Shown piece by piece: positions 26,401 to 37,065 of a DNA stretch of 64,000 nucleotides. Position numbers and translations under genes: made by a program. How positions within the stretch are numbered: position 1 is the stretch's first letter; every line of letters begins with the position of its first letter. The notes below the pieces were generated by a model. That model had not been told where the DNA came from and ran no database searches. It worked only from the letters and a program-made list of their open reading frames with translations. Source of the DNA: Phoronis australis (taxonomy: Eukaryota > Animalia > Phoronida); assembly GCA_002633005.1 (NCBI GenBank), contig NMRA01000318.1, positions 137,452-201,451 on the forward strand, read 5' to 3'.

Positions 26401-28244
26401 ATCCTAAAGGACAAAAAATCGGTTCTTAAGCAAACTTCACCCGTTACTGTTATTTTCTTTGATGGTCGCATTTTCACGGTCATTGCCTTCTTGTGGTTCT
26501 TGGATCCCAGTTAGTGAAACTGCGGGTAGGTTAATTGTGGGCAATACGCTTGTCATTCCAGCTTGCTCAACGGTTGACAAGAGACTATGTCATGGAAGGT
26601 TGGCTCTCAAAGAAAGGACCTAAGCCTAATGACAGATATTTAAAGCGTTGGTGCTCATTAGATGGGCGACTGTTCATGTATCAAAGTGACACACTAGTAA
26701 GTTCATGTGATATCGCCCAGTATTGTTTACCCTGCTTATGTATCAAGTTGACACACTGGTAAATTCATGTGATATTGCTCGGTGTTGTTTATCCTGTGTA
26801 TGTAATGAAGTTGACGTACTTTGAAGTCCTTTTGATATTGCCCAATATTGTTTATCCTTGTCTTGTATCAAGTTGACACTGCCAAGCTCATACCTTGTAG
26901 TCGACACGTTCTTCATATTTCTTTCTTTCAGAAAATACTTTTACACAGTTTAAAATCAATACTTTTTGTAAATGTTGGCTGAATTTACAGACTTCTCAAT
27001 AAAGTCTTACACAACCTTAAACTAGTTATTGAAAGTAAATGTAGCTCATTTTCTGGTGAAATTAAGACTACACATTTTGGACAACCTTATCAATGATTGT
27101 TCTCAAATGCTTTATGTGTTTCAAAATGTGACTTCAAAATTTTTAAACAGTTTCTTTTTTGCTACATAGCTGATTGCTAGAAATGACGTACAGTAACTTA
27201 ATGTTTTCTTGTGAACAAGCACCTACTTTATTTCATACATTGTCTACACGCTGCACCCCCAATTACTTTCAGAGTGCTATGCCTGCTGGGGAATTTGGGA
27301 TTGGGACGGAGGAAACAGGGTTCTCCATGTCTTCCAATGGGATTGTCAATGAAGGATATGGCTTCACCATTTCGACACCCAACCGAGATTATCAGTTCGT
27401 GGCAGAGACGGAACAAGAACGCAACGAGTGGCTTATTGCTCTGAAGAAAATTATGGATCAAGAGCTGACGCCACACGATGTCAAGCGTGAGTGCACTCAG
27501 TTGTCGGCTGCCCTATGTTCTAATAGTTATACCGCCACATTTCACATCTTCGATGTCCTGCGTTTGATAGAATGTCGGGATGAGATTTTGCTACACAGAT
27601 TTAATTTCTGTGAAGTTGTTCAGTTCTTGGCAGTAGCACTCCTTTGCGTGATGAGTTAGGTGTATATCATCATCTGATGTAATTGCACTCAACTGGCTGT
27701 CTAAAATTTGTGTGATTAATGTGCCCCTTTTTCTCAACCCATCGAAACATTGCTGATTGATTTAGATAAATATATAGTTGTTTGTCTAAGAATAATTGCT
27801 AAACAATATTATTTTTGAAACTGCTCGTATAGTTTTGATATTCACTTGGGACCTTCAATTTCCTTTTGTCTTTCGAATGGTAGAGAACATTTTGTACGCT
27901 TGTTAAACTTATTTTTTCGTAAATAATATTCTGAACTAAGAGGTTGAACAGGCAGAATCTTCTGCCAAAATAGTACACACTGCAAGCAGTGTTTTTCATT
28001 AAAAGTGCCTCCGTTTTTAGGCCGGCGTTCATATCTGGCTTCGGAACTACGTAATGATAAGGATGCCAATCTTCAGTGGCTTATGCTGCAAAATGGCCTT
28101 TGTAGTGAATCAATTGTCCACAAGGTGTTGTTCTCAAGAAAGTTCATGTTGAAACTTGTCTCCATTCACATTTTATCTTCCATCAGTTAGTAATGTTTTT
28201 TACTTGAAACTCTTGCAGTGCTAGCCAAGTACAGTGGAAAGTGA
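14384..28244 (+). CDS. ADAP1: ArfGAP with dual PH domains (centaurin-alpha, ADAP1/2 family), 371 aa; join of 14384-14462, 17532-17680, 18768-18859, 19846-20035, 22279-22425, 24363-24446, 26562-26696, 27273-27486, 28219-28244
   Basis: ArfGAP zinc finger CADC...[31 protein letters not shown], PH1 (KEGNLWKKGKD...SRRFVL...DWYNAIR) and PH2 (EGWLSKKGPK...KRW...ERNEWL). Exon lengths sum to 1116 nt with consistent phases. Confidence 0.95.
15231..15641. mobile_element. Foldback/MULE-like MITE with 9-bp TSD
   Basis: TIR GACAGTGCCACTGTCTTG...GGACGGTGAA.CTCCT / AGGAGCTTCACCGTCC...GTGGCACTGTC; ACCCCTTCT at 15222-15230 and 15642-15650. Confidence 0.8.
16150..16380. mobile_element. Internal fragment of the same foldback family
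   Basis: GGAGTATTTGTT.GAGTTGGAAGGAATTAA is shared with ~15530-15560 and followed by its inverse. Confidence 0.6.
17532..17680 (+). CDS. ADAP1: ADAP exon 2 (...[42 protein letters not shown])
   Basis: ArfGAP core including the arginine finger; ends at an AAG|gcaagt GC donor. Confidence 0.92.
18768..18859 (+). CDS. ADAP1: ADAP exon 3 (MMESVGNTRAKVKYESLVPVCYKRP...)
   Basis: gtttcag acceptor, CA|gtaaga donor. Confidence 0.93.
19846..20035 (+). CDS. ADAP1: ADAP exon 4 ([16 protein letters not shown]...KLEYFVKN)
   Basis: End of ArfGAP and start of PH1; gtgagt donor. Confidence 0.95.
20190..20645. mobile_element. Degenerate DNA-transposon-like fragment
   Basis: CpG-rich block starting CAAGGCTTGGAATTTTCCATGGAAACGCGGA with repeated TTTCCGTGGAAAA-like motifs; family not established. 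Confidence 0.35.
21790..21908. repeat. Degenerate (GT)/(GTGC) microsatellite
   Basis: Visible low-complexity GT-rich run. Confidence 0.85.
22279..22425 (+). CDS. ADAP1: ADAP exon 5 (ANQPKAVIRLDEINATF...LFAEDGK)
   Basis: cttcctag acceptor, AAG|gtaata donor; PH1. Confidence 0.93.
22890..23045 (-). repeat. Dispersed A-rich repeat family (related to 500-590 joined to 1410-1510)
   Basis: Shared blocks GCATGAATAAAGTCAAAAT and GAGGAAACTGGAAATCAA..GGAAATCGAAAC. Confidence 0.6.
24363..24446 (+). CDS. ADAP1: ADAP exon 6 (DIVDWYNAIRNAKL...SSDEE)
   Basis: PH1 C-terminal helix containing Trp; gtaagt donor. Confidence 0.93.
24945..25145 (+). mobile_element. 5'-truncated tRNA-derived SINE inserted in a ~50-bp tandem repeat
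   Basis: B-box GGTTCGAGTCCC; body colinear with 54488-54726; flanked by GAGTCTCACATT.CTGGAATGGCT units. Confidence 0.7.
25860..26035 (+). repeat. Dispersed A-rich repeat family, further copy
   Basis: Same blocks as 500-590 and 1410-1515, joined without interruption. Confidence 0.6.
26562..26696 (+). CDS. ADAP1: ADAP exon 7 (LAQRLTRDYVMEGWLSKKGPK...MYQSDTL)
   Basis: Start of PH2; gtaagt donor. Confidence 0.94.
26676..26890 (+). repeat. 62-bp minisatellite (~3.5 units) spanning the ADAP exon 7 donor
   Basis: Unit ATGTATCAA..TGACACACT.GTAA.TTCATGTGATAT.GC.C.GT.TTGTTTA.CCTG at 26676, 26738, 26800 and ~26863. Confidence 0.88.
27273..27486 (+). CDS. ADAP1: ADAP exon 8 (SAMPAGEFGIG...ETEQERNEWLIALKK...DVK)
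   Basis: PH2 C-terminal half; C|gtgagt donor. Confidence 0.94.
28219..28244 (+). CDS. ADAP1: ADAP terminal coding exon (LLAKYSGK*)
   Basis: tcttgcag acceptor, phase 1; the short tail matches the length of the vertebrate ADAP1 C-terminus. Confidence 0.75.
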
Positions 28245-30468
28245 TGACGGAAGACAGTAGATAAAGAAAACCAAGCTGCCCATGAAACAAACCTGGTCAC
28301 AGATTCTGGAAGTAATCCAAATGTAAAATTTCACAGGGTATCTCTTGTTACTGAATTTCATGACTAGGTACCGTAACGATATTGATTTGGATCATATTAA
28401 CGTTAACATTTTGGTTTCATTATAAAATTGCTGCTTGGATATTGGAATTTTCCACGTTAGAGTATTAAGTTTTGCACGAGCAGCATAGCATGGATCTCGT
28501 CTGCCTGCAGACCGGGTGGCTAGAACTTACCTCCGGGGATTACTGTACATAAGTCTTTACATTGACATTGGCCACCAATATATAATTAATAATGACTTGT
28601 CTCATTAAAAAAACTTGTAACTTGTGGAAAAACTATGCCGCTGCTTACCATCATTCTGCTGCTAAATCTGTAATGAGTGATTGCGTGTGCTTTGAGCTGG
28701 ATGATTCTTCAATAAAGTCCACCCTTCATGAGGTTATGTTAGTTAGCAACAAATCATCCAAATTGGTTTCACTTTCGTTTAATTTTCAGTACTGAATTTT
28801 TGGTCATGTCGCTTCAGCAGAATTGTCACTAGCACCTCTGGCAGCTATTATTTCTGCAAGACACTTTTTGCTCCTGAAAAATTTCCCTGACCATTGTTTC
28901 GGAAAGAATTTCTTCCAAGTCAACCTTTGTTTCCGAAAAAACACCTTTCCAAAACTCACTTTGTGGTTATGGGCGCTTTATCAGAAATCCCCAGAATGTA
29001 GACAGTCCTATTGTGCTGTTCAAGCCTCGTTTCAGAGACAAATTAATATTCACGAGATGGATCTATATTAAGAATGGCCTATTGTTGGTATCCATTGCAT
29101 ATTGTTTGTGCATTTGACTATGAGGGTCTTAGTTGATTTGAGTCGTTTTGAGCTGAAATGTGCTGGCAACTTTCCTGAGCAGAAGTTTTCAAAAAAAGTT
29201 AAAGCCTCTTGTTGAATGTCAACAAAATTTTGCATCATCAAAAATTACGACCTAGTGTGTTATTTCATTTGGTGTTACTTTCTGGCCATTTTCCTTCTGA
29301 ATTTTACTCATACATTCAATGATGCCAGTCAAATTTGACAGAATTTGTCAAATTGCCTTTAAAACTGTTGTGCGATTTTGTTGTTTGGGCATTTTCCAAC
29401 TGACTTTCACCAAAGTTGTTATATAGTTTTTAGGCATTAATGCAACATCACGGATCTTTGAGGTCCGAAAAACAGCACAAGGACCCATGGCAAATAGGTG
29501 AATTCAGTTTTTTTACATCATCCACTATAAGCCAAAGACAAAATTAAAAAAACCATGCCCAATTCAAATTTACAGCCTTATACAATTTACAATCAGCAAC
29601 ACTTACGTACTTTTATTTCCAAAATTCTGAGTGGTCAAAGAAATTGGGATTTATTGATTTTGCTTTAATCATTGATTATACTTAGGATTCGCAGCTTTAC
29701 TCATGCCTTTTAGAGCTTTTTTTCTTTCAGTTTTAATAATAACTTTTCTCATGAACACAAATGTAGCATGGCAAAATGTAGTATTAGCAACAAATCGCAT
29801 TAAAGTTGGTCGACACTGAGCAGACATGAACCGGGTTACATATGTGATGTTTCTCTTTAGTTGGATTAGCTTTGCTGTGTTTAATATGAAGTCAAAAGCA
29901 CATTACCAGGTTTTGCATAACTAGTGTTGCGACTGCATGGGTTGCAGGCCAAGTCACCATGGGGATGCAAGTTGTAAGTCTATTTACTTTTAGTCTATGG
30001 ATTTGAGCTACAAATTTATAATAACGTCACAATTTTCTTTTTGCCATGTTTTTGTATGGAAAGTTTATTTTTGTCAATTTTTATAAATTTATTGACTGTA
30101 GAGAGAGAAAGACTTATTGTAATTTGTAACATGTGTATTTAGTACTCCATTAACACTGTTCAGTTTATAGATGTAAAACCATAAGGTAGGGAAGTTATTT
30201 TCGGGACACATCTGCAGTGATGTAAAGTGTTCCTAAAACATAGTGCTATTTTGTGGTATTATAAAAATATATAACTATACTGTGAAGCAAGTTACTTTTT
30301 CCACACACAGACACATAAAGCTTACACAGTCAAAGATTCTTTATGGCAACCATTTTTTAATTCAATTTGGCTTCGATGTGGTTGTGTATTGAATTTGACC
30401 AATTGTGATAGACAGTGTAGTTATTGTATTAAACCACAACACTGGTCTATACAGCACATGTCAAATAC

Positions 30469-30482
30469 AATAAAATTTTATT
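30469..30482. terminator. Palindromic poly(A) signal AATAAAATTTTATT
   Basis: AATAAA on both strands, between the convergent ADAP and NAT9 stop codons. Confidence 0.4.
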
Positions 30483-31643
30483 TCCAAGGTACAAGAATGT
30501 CAGTGGTAACAATTCCAACATTTCCTCAGATGAGCTGGGCTGTGTTCTATAGATGCAAAAACTTAACGAAAGCGCAAAATCATGCCTGTCATTGCAATTT
30601 AAGTGTTTTCACAAAACGCCATAATTGGCCACGAAAGTCACTTCCTTACATTTCGTGTAATTTTGCATAGAGAATCGGGGGGAGGGTGTCATTTATTCAA
30701 TTATTTATACATAAATGATGTCAATAAAATAAAGTACACGGGGGAATGAAGTCAGCCAACTTGGTTACAACATACAAAGTAGACTATTTTAGTGTCTAAA
30801 AACATACCGTGTTGCCATGCCTTCAGGCTCATGAACCTATATCCAAAATGATGCCCCTTTTCTCTGCCTCTTTTTTTTAACCCAAGTCGAGTGGTTCGCA
30901 CATTGGTGCATGCACCTAGGTTTTGCATTTAAGCCCAGCTAATGTCCTGTGCATAGTATTTTATATAAATTGGCACATAAGCCAACGTTTTCTTTTTAAA
31001 AATTCACTTGTTTTCACGAACAACATTTTAAAGTATTGGTTCACATGTTAGCACATGCGCCAAAGTTTCACATATAAGTGGACTTGCACACAGACGCCCA
31101 TGGGCCTAATGGCGCGACAATGCGATGTGTCTTGAATTACGGGTCACTCTCGCCTGAAATACACATAGAAACTTAGCACATTGCTATTAGATCAATCAAT
31201 GGCCTCGGAAATGCTACCCTTGTGTGAATTCAATTTTACTCAGCGTGGCATTACCACGTTTAAGAAATCTCCCTGTCCCTGATCACCCAAGACCTTGGTG
31301 GCTAATCAGACCGGGGTTGCATTCAATAACGCTGTCTTGCGAGTTACTTACGACCTAACTGACATTCACTAGCAAAATGGCCGCCAAACTAGAAGTGACG
31401 AGATAGTCACTCAGAATGTTGAAGTGTAGCTGGAAATGGTAAGTTACTGACATCAGTGATGCTCCTCATTTCCTTTGCCTGTGTTTTAGTGACAAAGGGG
31501 GTTACACAAACACCCACACTGCTCAAAGTATGCAATGCACATTCCAGGATTTCTAGCTCCAAGTGTCTTTGGCATGCTTCACGTTGTATTGAATATACTC
31601 CCCTGTCTTTGCAGAGCGTTGTAATATTAACAAGAAGCAGCTG

Positions 31644-31757
31644 TTAAGGCCATTCTTCAAGGCGTGATTCGCTGGTTTGCTTCAGTACAGCATTTCTCAC
31701 ACTTTCATCAACATTCAGGGCCAATGTTACCTCTTGAAAGACATCGCTTCTTGCAAC
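31644..31757 (-). CDS. NAT9: NAT9 exon 6 ([16 protein letters not shown]...EEWP*)
   Basis: VFQEVTL motif; TAA at 31646-31644. Confidence 0.92.
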   Translation of the reverse strand, partial: VARSDVFQEVTLALNVDESVRNAVLKQTSESRLEEWP

Positions 31758-34700
31758 CTGAAATCACAATAGTGTAAAAAATACAAAGGGGATTTGCAAT
31801 AAAAGCTGGAATTGAGACTCCTAAAAACATTTAATATTAAGAGAAATAATTTCAAAACTTGCGTTTTCCACAACGAACATCTCCATTTGACTGGTATGTA
31901 ACCTGAAAAATACAGCAAACTGATACTAGAAACTATGCAAAGATATGCATACAAGAAGACGGAGCCCGTGAAGATCATCCTCATGTCATCTTTGTGTCAC
32001 AGTGCCATTTCAGAGACTCTATCTACATTACAATTTAGTGTATGATATCCAACAAGATTACAGCAACAATTAATAAAAAGTGACATGACTTAGCAAGAAA
32101 ATTTAGATTGAAACCACTAATCCTCATCTTAAACGGAATATTTTGATATGAAAACATTACCTCTACAAATCCCAATTTGTCAAAAAGCAAAAGACTTTTG
32201 TCATTGCCGAGTCCTATTTTAGCTGTGAACTCTTCAATACTGAGATGGTCTATCCCTGGAAATGAAAAGTCTTGACATGAGTCTAAATTGCAAACATTTT
32301 TTAAGTCTGGTCTTCACATCACATCACGTGACCTAATGAACATAAGATTTCTGCCCCAATCCGGACTCAAACCCAGAACCTTCTGCTAGCCGTGCAGACA
32401 CTCTAGTCCATTGAGCATTTTTTTCAGTATATGTTCCTTAGGTCATGCAATGTGGCCAACAGGTGGCGTGAAGACCAGATTTAAAAATGTTATCTATATT
32501 TCCACGCCAATTCAACATTTACATATTCATCAACAGATTTACTTTCTCACAAAAACTACTCATAGACTCCTAGCAGGCAGATTAAGTGTTCATACACCAA
32601 TAAAGACATCAGCCCAGACATAAAATTGTGTACAAATTCAATGACTGTAAAATCGAGCATGGTAATTATTCACTTATTTCGCACCAAAATTGTTTGCCAT
32701 AACTATCATTTTTCCATTTTTCAAATTTAAAGCTGGTAAACTAGCTACAAATAGTAAAGACTTTACCAAATGGTGTGTTCTATGACACCCACACAATACA
32801 AACTATGCCAATAAGAGTAAAATGTTCGTAACTTTTATTTTTGTGGAGAAATTTGATAAATAGAATTTCAATTGTCCGCTATATTGTGAGCTAAATAAGT
32901 AAAGAAGTATCATAAGCAGCTTAAACAGTACAAATCAGAGGCGTAGGTAGAAACATATTTTGACACCAAAAACTTCCTATACCACAAATTAATGAGAATA
33001 TTACCATTGGAAAACAAGTAAGTCTCAAAAATGTAAGATTTTGCATGGGAGTTAACTCTTCCAAACTATGGCACAATATCAAGTGATGCAAAATAGTACT
33101 CCCATCAACACCAAGACGGCAAAACCTCACAAATAACATGCTCTCCAATAGACACATGCCGGGAATTTATGCAAGCATCATCTTCAATGCCAAGGGGCCA
33201 ATATTCAGAAAGTTCCAAACTTAGGTTGAGCATGCAGTTTCGCAGGCTTTGTAGGGTTTCTCAAAATGATCGGTGTCAGCTAGTGTTGGTCAGTAACAAG
33301 GCTTTATTGACATCAGGTTTTTCACTTGTGTTAGACACCCCTTTACAGACCTCTCTCTCCCTTTTAATCATAATGACAAATACTAGTACCCATCACAACT
33401 CATTATGTCCTTTCCGTTTAGAGACCTCCCCCCAATTTCTTACTTTTGACGAATGGTAAAAATGTGCCACTTTCCCAAATACATGTCCTAGGGCTTCCCA
33501 TCAGAAATTCCCTGTACTGCAGTTAAGCCCTTCATTATGAACTACAAACCCTGCAGTATTCACATATCATACTTTATCATAAACTAACTATAAACCCTGC
33601 AATGTTTGCATAACACACTTCATCATAAACTATAAACCCTGTTATGTTCACATACCATACTTCATCATAAACTATAAGCCCTGTTATATTCACATACCAT
33701 ACTTCATCATAAACTATAAACCCTACAATATTAACATAACACCTCAACATAAACTATAAGCCCTGTTATATTCACATACCATACTTCATCATAAGTAGCA
33801 GGGCTTCTTTACCTCTTCCTTTCCCTCGACTTGCAGGTTCTGGAAGACACAAAGTTAATTGAATCCTTGGAAAACTGACAGAATAACAAAGTGTAAAATA
33901 CAACAGCCACCACCTGCAATATCTCCAAACGCACAATACATCAATTTTTAAAGGGACATCATCATCTTTAAGGTCGAAAAACTCATTTGTTGTTGGATGA
34001 GATAGACTTCTTGAACTTATTAGCTTTGATAAGAGCTACAAACACAACAAATGCATTATTTACAAATCGCTAACTATCGCCGTTGTCTGCCAGACATTCA
34101 CTGAAATCAAGGCCGTTGTCTTTGCCAGTTAAATACACTTGAAGTACTCTGCTATTTGGCGTGTGGGCAGAGCGTTTTGCTGCTATTGAACAACTGGTGG
34201 GCTCGATTCTGTGCTACTGCTAATTTCTGTAAAATTACTTTTCTCGCTGAGAATGTCCCTTTAAATAGGGTGAAATTTATAAAGGGAGACTGAAGTCACT
34301 AATTCTTGTTATCTAACCATACGGAGTAAAACAGGAGCTATTAACAGCAACAAGACATTCTCTCTCATAACTTTTGCAATGAAAATATGAGCATGTGATA
34401 ACAATTTCTTGATGCAAAAAACACACACAGTCAGTATCTAGCGAACATTGATTCTGGTTCAGTGTTGTGATGAATGGAAATGCCAGAAACAGAGAAAAAT
34501 CATATTTGAATTCAAACTTGTGAAACAGACAAATACAATTTCATTTAACAAAATTTGCCTTATATTAAGGCAGTCAAGTTGTTAATGAAATAATTACCTG
34601 CAATCATAATTTCTATTTCAGCAGAGTGGCTGTTGTCGGCATTGTTAAAAAACAAGTTGACATCGCCAATCATGGCAGCAACGTCATCTCCTCCGTCTCG

Positions 34701-36041
34701 GAAAATTTTGCTGTCAAGCACAATAAACGTGCACTCTGGAATGAAAAGGGGTCAAAATAAACAGTTAAAGAAAGTGAAAACAAATATGATGCATAGTTAC
34801 TAATGCTAGCACACCATTATAGCAATGCATAATTATTGCATCATGACAAGAAACCAACTCAAGGTTTAGCAGGATGCATAACCCACAGTGCACAAATGCT
34901 CAACAATGAATGCCCATTCAAAGCTGCCAACTTCCATAATAACAGCTAGTTTCCACTGAAACTGAGAATGCACACAATGTAGTAGAACCAAGGACAAAAA
35001 AGATTAATTTCAAACTGTCAGCAGAAAAATCCAAAAATTTCAAGCAGATTTTTGAGTTTTATGTGGCATTTTAATACCCTGCAATTTGGTGACAATTACA
35101 GCAGGCTCAAAACGTACAGTATATGTACAGTACTTACAACTCTAGAGAATAAACTATCGTACATAAATTTACAGAGGCAATTCAAGTCTAAGATCCACCA
35201 TAGTCAATGAACCACGTGGATAAAAACTTTGAAACAAATGTTATGGCAAAAGTTTTTATTTATGTCGGTGTCAGCATCTTTAACTGCAAAACTCAATTCT
35301 AGCAAAACAGAGAAATGGTGGTCATTCAATTTCACTGTCAGTCTTACTCAGCTCATCATTCAACCAAGACTGTTGCATCTGGTACTCTTCTTCCAATGAG
35401 AGAGGCTCTGAAGCTGTAAGAATCTGTAGTTCTTCACTCTGCATCCATTGGTGATATCTGTAATAGTTAATGGCATTTTGATTTCATGATGTTCGTGTAG
35501 TGGTCAGCCGCGACTTTGCAAGGAATGTTTGCATGTTCAGAAATCTGAGGTCCCCCTGGTGTGTTGTATTGAACAAATGGAAATAGTGAACCCGCGCAGC
35601 AGCAGGTAAAGTGTAAAACAACATATCACCTGTGACCAATGAAGGCATACAGGCGAACCTGTAATGGAAGCACACAACCGATTTACAATTTGATAAATAA
35701 AATAAAGCATACTATAATATGCAAGGAAACAGTTACCAGTCAAACTAGATTGGATAAAATTACAATGACAAAACTGCAATTATCTCTTGTTCACTGTGTG
35801 ACCTACTGACTACTGTACTGAATATTCACTCCATTGATGACTAGCCCCAGTGAGACTGGAATATGCATAGAACCGGCGGGCTCGTTATCCAGAGGATGAA
35901 ACTGGTTCAATAAATAAGGGACCACTATATCCCGGAGACCAGCGCTGTTAATCCCTGGACTTACTTTAAGACGTGGCACTTTCTGTATGGAACCAAAACC
36001 ACGTTCACGCCACATACACATTTGTTTCGGTTCTTGTGCAT
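31644..36041 (-). CDS. NAT9: GNAT-family N-acetyltransferase 9-like, 197 aa; join of 36041-35965, 35457-35348, 34735-34598, 33839-33780, 32255-32161, 31757-31644
   Basis: Translation [57 protein letters not shown]...KCTFIVLD...MIGDVNLF...[20 protein letters not shown]...FTAKIG...SDVFQEVTL matches NAT9. The 594 nt are phase-consistent with GT-AG introns. The ORF track misses this gene. Confidence 0.95.
32161..32255 (-). CDS. NAT9: NAT9 exon 5 ([32 protein letters not shown])
   Basis: GNAT N..S..LF.KLGF motif; canonical splice sites. Confidence 0.93.
32351..32417 (-). mobile_element. tRNA-like SINE head or tRNA pseudogene fragment
   Basis: Minus strand GCTCAATGGACTAGAG...GGGTTTGAGTCC gives degenerate A and B boxes; no intact cloverleaf. 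Confidence 0.4.
33525..33793 (-). repeat. 42-bp minisatellite (~6 units) spanning the NAT9 exon 4 donor
   Basis: Unit ATAAACTATAAGCCCTGTTATATTCACATACCATACTTCATC (plus strand). Confidence 0.9.
33780..33839 (-). CDS. NAT9: NAT9 exon 4 ([20 protein letters not shown])
   Basis: Acetyl-CoA binding R-G-x-G-x-G motif; G|gtatgt donor. Confidence 0.93.
33952..34260. mobile_element. Kolobok-like MITE (TTAA TSD)
   Basis: TTAA|AGGGACAT ... ATGTCCCT|TTAA. Confidence 0.7.
34598..34735 (-). CDS. NAT9: NAT9 exon 3 (KCTFIVLD...MIGDVNLFF...EIEIMIA)
   Basis: GDVNLF motif; canonical splice sites. Confidence 0.95.
35348..35457 (-). CDS. NAT9: NAT9 exon 2 ([25 protein letters not shown]...)
   Basis: TASEPL motif; canonical splice sites. 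Confidence 0.95.
35965..36041 (-). CDS. NAT9: NAT9 exon 1 (MHKNRNK...[13 protein letters not shown])
   Basis: VVLVPY motif; AA|gtaagt donor. Confidence 0.92.
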
Positions 36042-36824
36042 ACTGTNCGTCTCACTACAATACTGTCTGACACTGTGCAACCAATCGTGTCATTACAGCT
36101 CAGGCATTACTTATTTACAGGCGGTTTAAGCGTCTAGGTATTACTAAAGCTTAAACACTTAATTCATGGTATTACGGATTACGGTTGAGAAAATCACGTC
36201 GGCACTAACAGCACATCATCCTCACTCAAAAATGAGAAATGACCGACCATCACCAGACTGCTACTTCCGGGATCAGCGACATCTCTCGACAACATGGAAG
36301 TAGAGTTAGTGTTTAGGACAATTGACTCAGCCGCAGAGTAGTACAGATTTTGCGTTGAATGGACATTATCGGTTTCACGGTCGAAAAAGCACACTTTTTA
36401 TCATTTTTGTTGGATTTACTACACTTTTTGATGTTATTAGCTTTGACTAGAGCTGTAAAACAATAAAATCGGGTGACTATAAAACCACAGTGACACTGAG
36501 CGGCCATCAAAACTAAGGTAAGGCTGCAACCGCTCATCGTTGGCCGCTGACGGGAAAGTGACGCCTGTAAATTACGTACGTAAATTAAGAACGTAAAGAC
36601 ACCTTTCACGCCCGTGTTTTACGAGTACAAGCTTTGTGTTCAATAGGTTGAAGGTCGTGTAAGCTCTGTAAAAGTTGTCATTCGCCCAACGGTTTGTAAC
36701 TTATGCTCGGCGTCTGAGGCACGCTCGTAAAACGACGAGCGTAACACGACAAGTGTAAATATTTCGAGCCTTACGATTATGTAGGACCTTATCGGGAATT
36801 CTGTGCATTTAACCTAACACGTAT

Positions 36825-37065
36825 AAAAGTGACTTAGCTAAGACAAATCTTAAGTTTTAGTAAATTTTAAGATAAAACTTAAATTTGTCTCGACTGAGAC
36901 CATTTCAAGAAAGAGATTTTAAGTTTGAATTAAGTTTTTGATAAAAGTTTGTTCTTAATTTTTACTATTTCACCAGATGTGGAAGTTTCAAAGTATGGAA
37001 ATTAAGACAAATCTTAGACTTAAGTCAAAAATGAACTTAAGTCAGTTTCTTGGAACGGGCCCCTT
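36825..37065. mobile_element. Palindromic AT-rich MITE remnant
   Basis: Repeated and inverted AAGACAAATCTTA and ACTTAAGT motifs; terminus TTCTTGGAACGGGCCCC. Confidence 0.5.

Noticed and set aside
28242-28247. TGATGA at the ADAP end as selenocysteine or readthrough
   Set aside because: The protein length already matches the family and no SECIS-like structure was identified.
33525-33793. CRISPR-like appearance of the 42-bp and 62-bp arrays
   Set aside because: Whole units repeat without unique spacers, the context is eukaryotic introns, and there are no cas genes.
35630-35658. 29-nt cag...gtgata pseudo-exon in NAT9 intron 1
   Set aside because: It is not needed for the conserved protein and would shift the frame; the donor is weak and nothing supports it beyond the motifs.
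36194-36609. ORFs upstream of NAT9 as an alternative N-terminus
   Set aside because: The ATG at 36041 already gives a full NAT9 N-terminus, and these ORFs show no recognisable homology.
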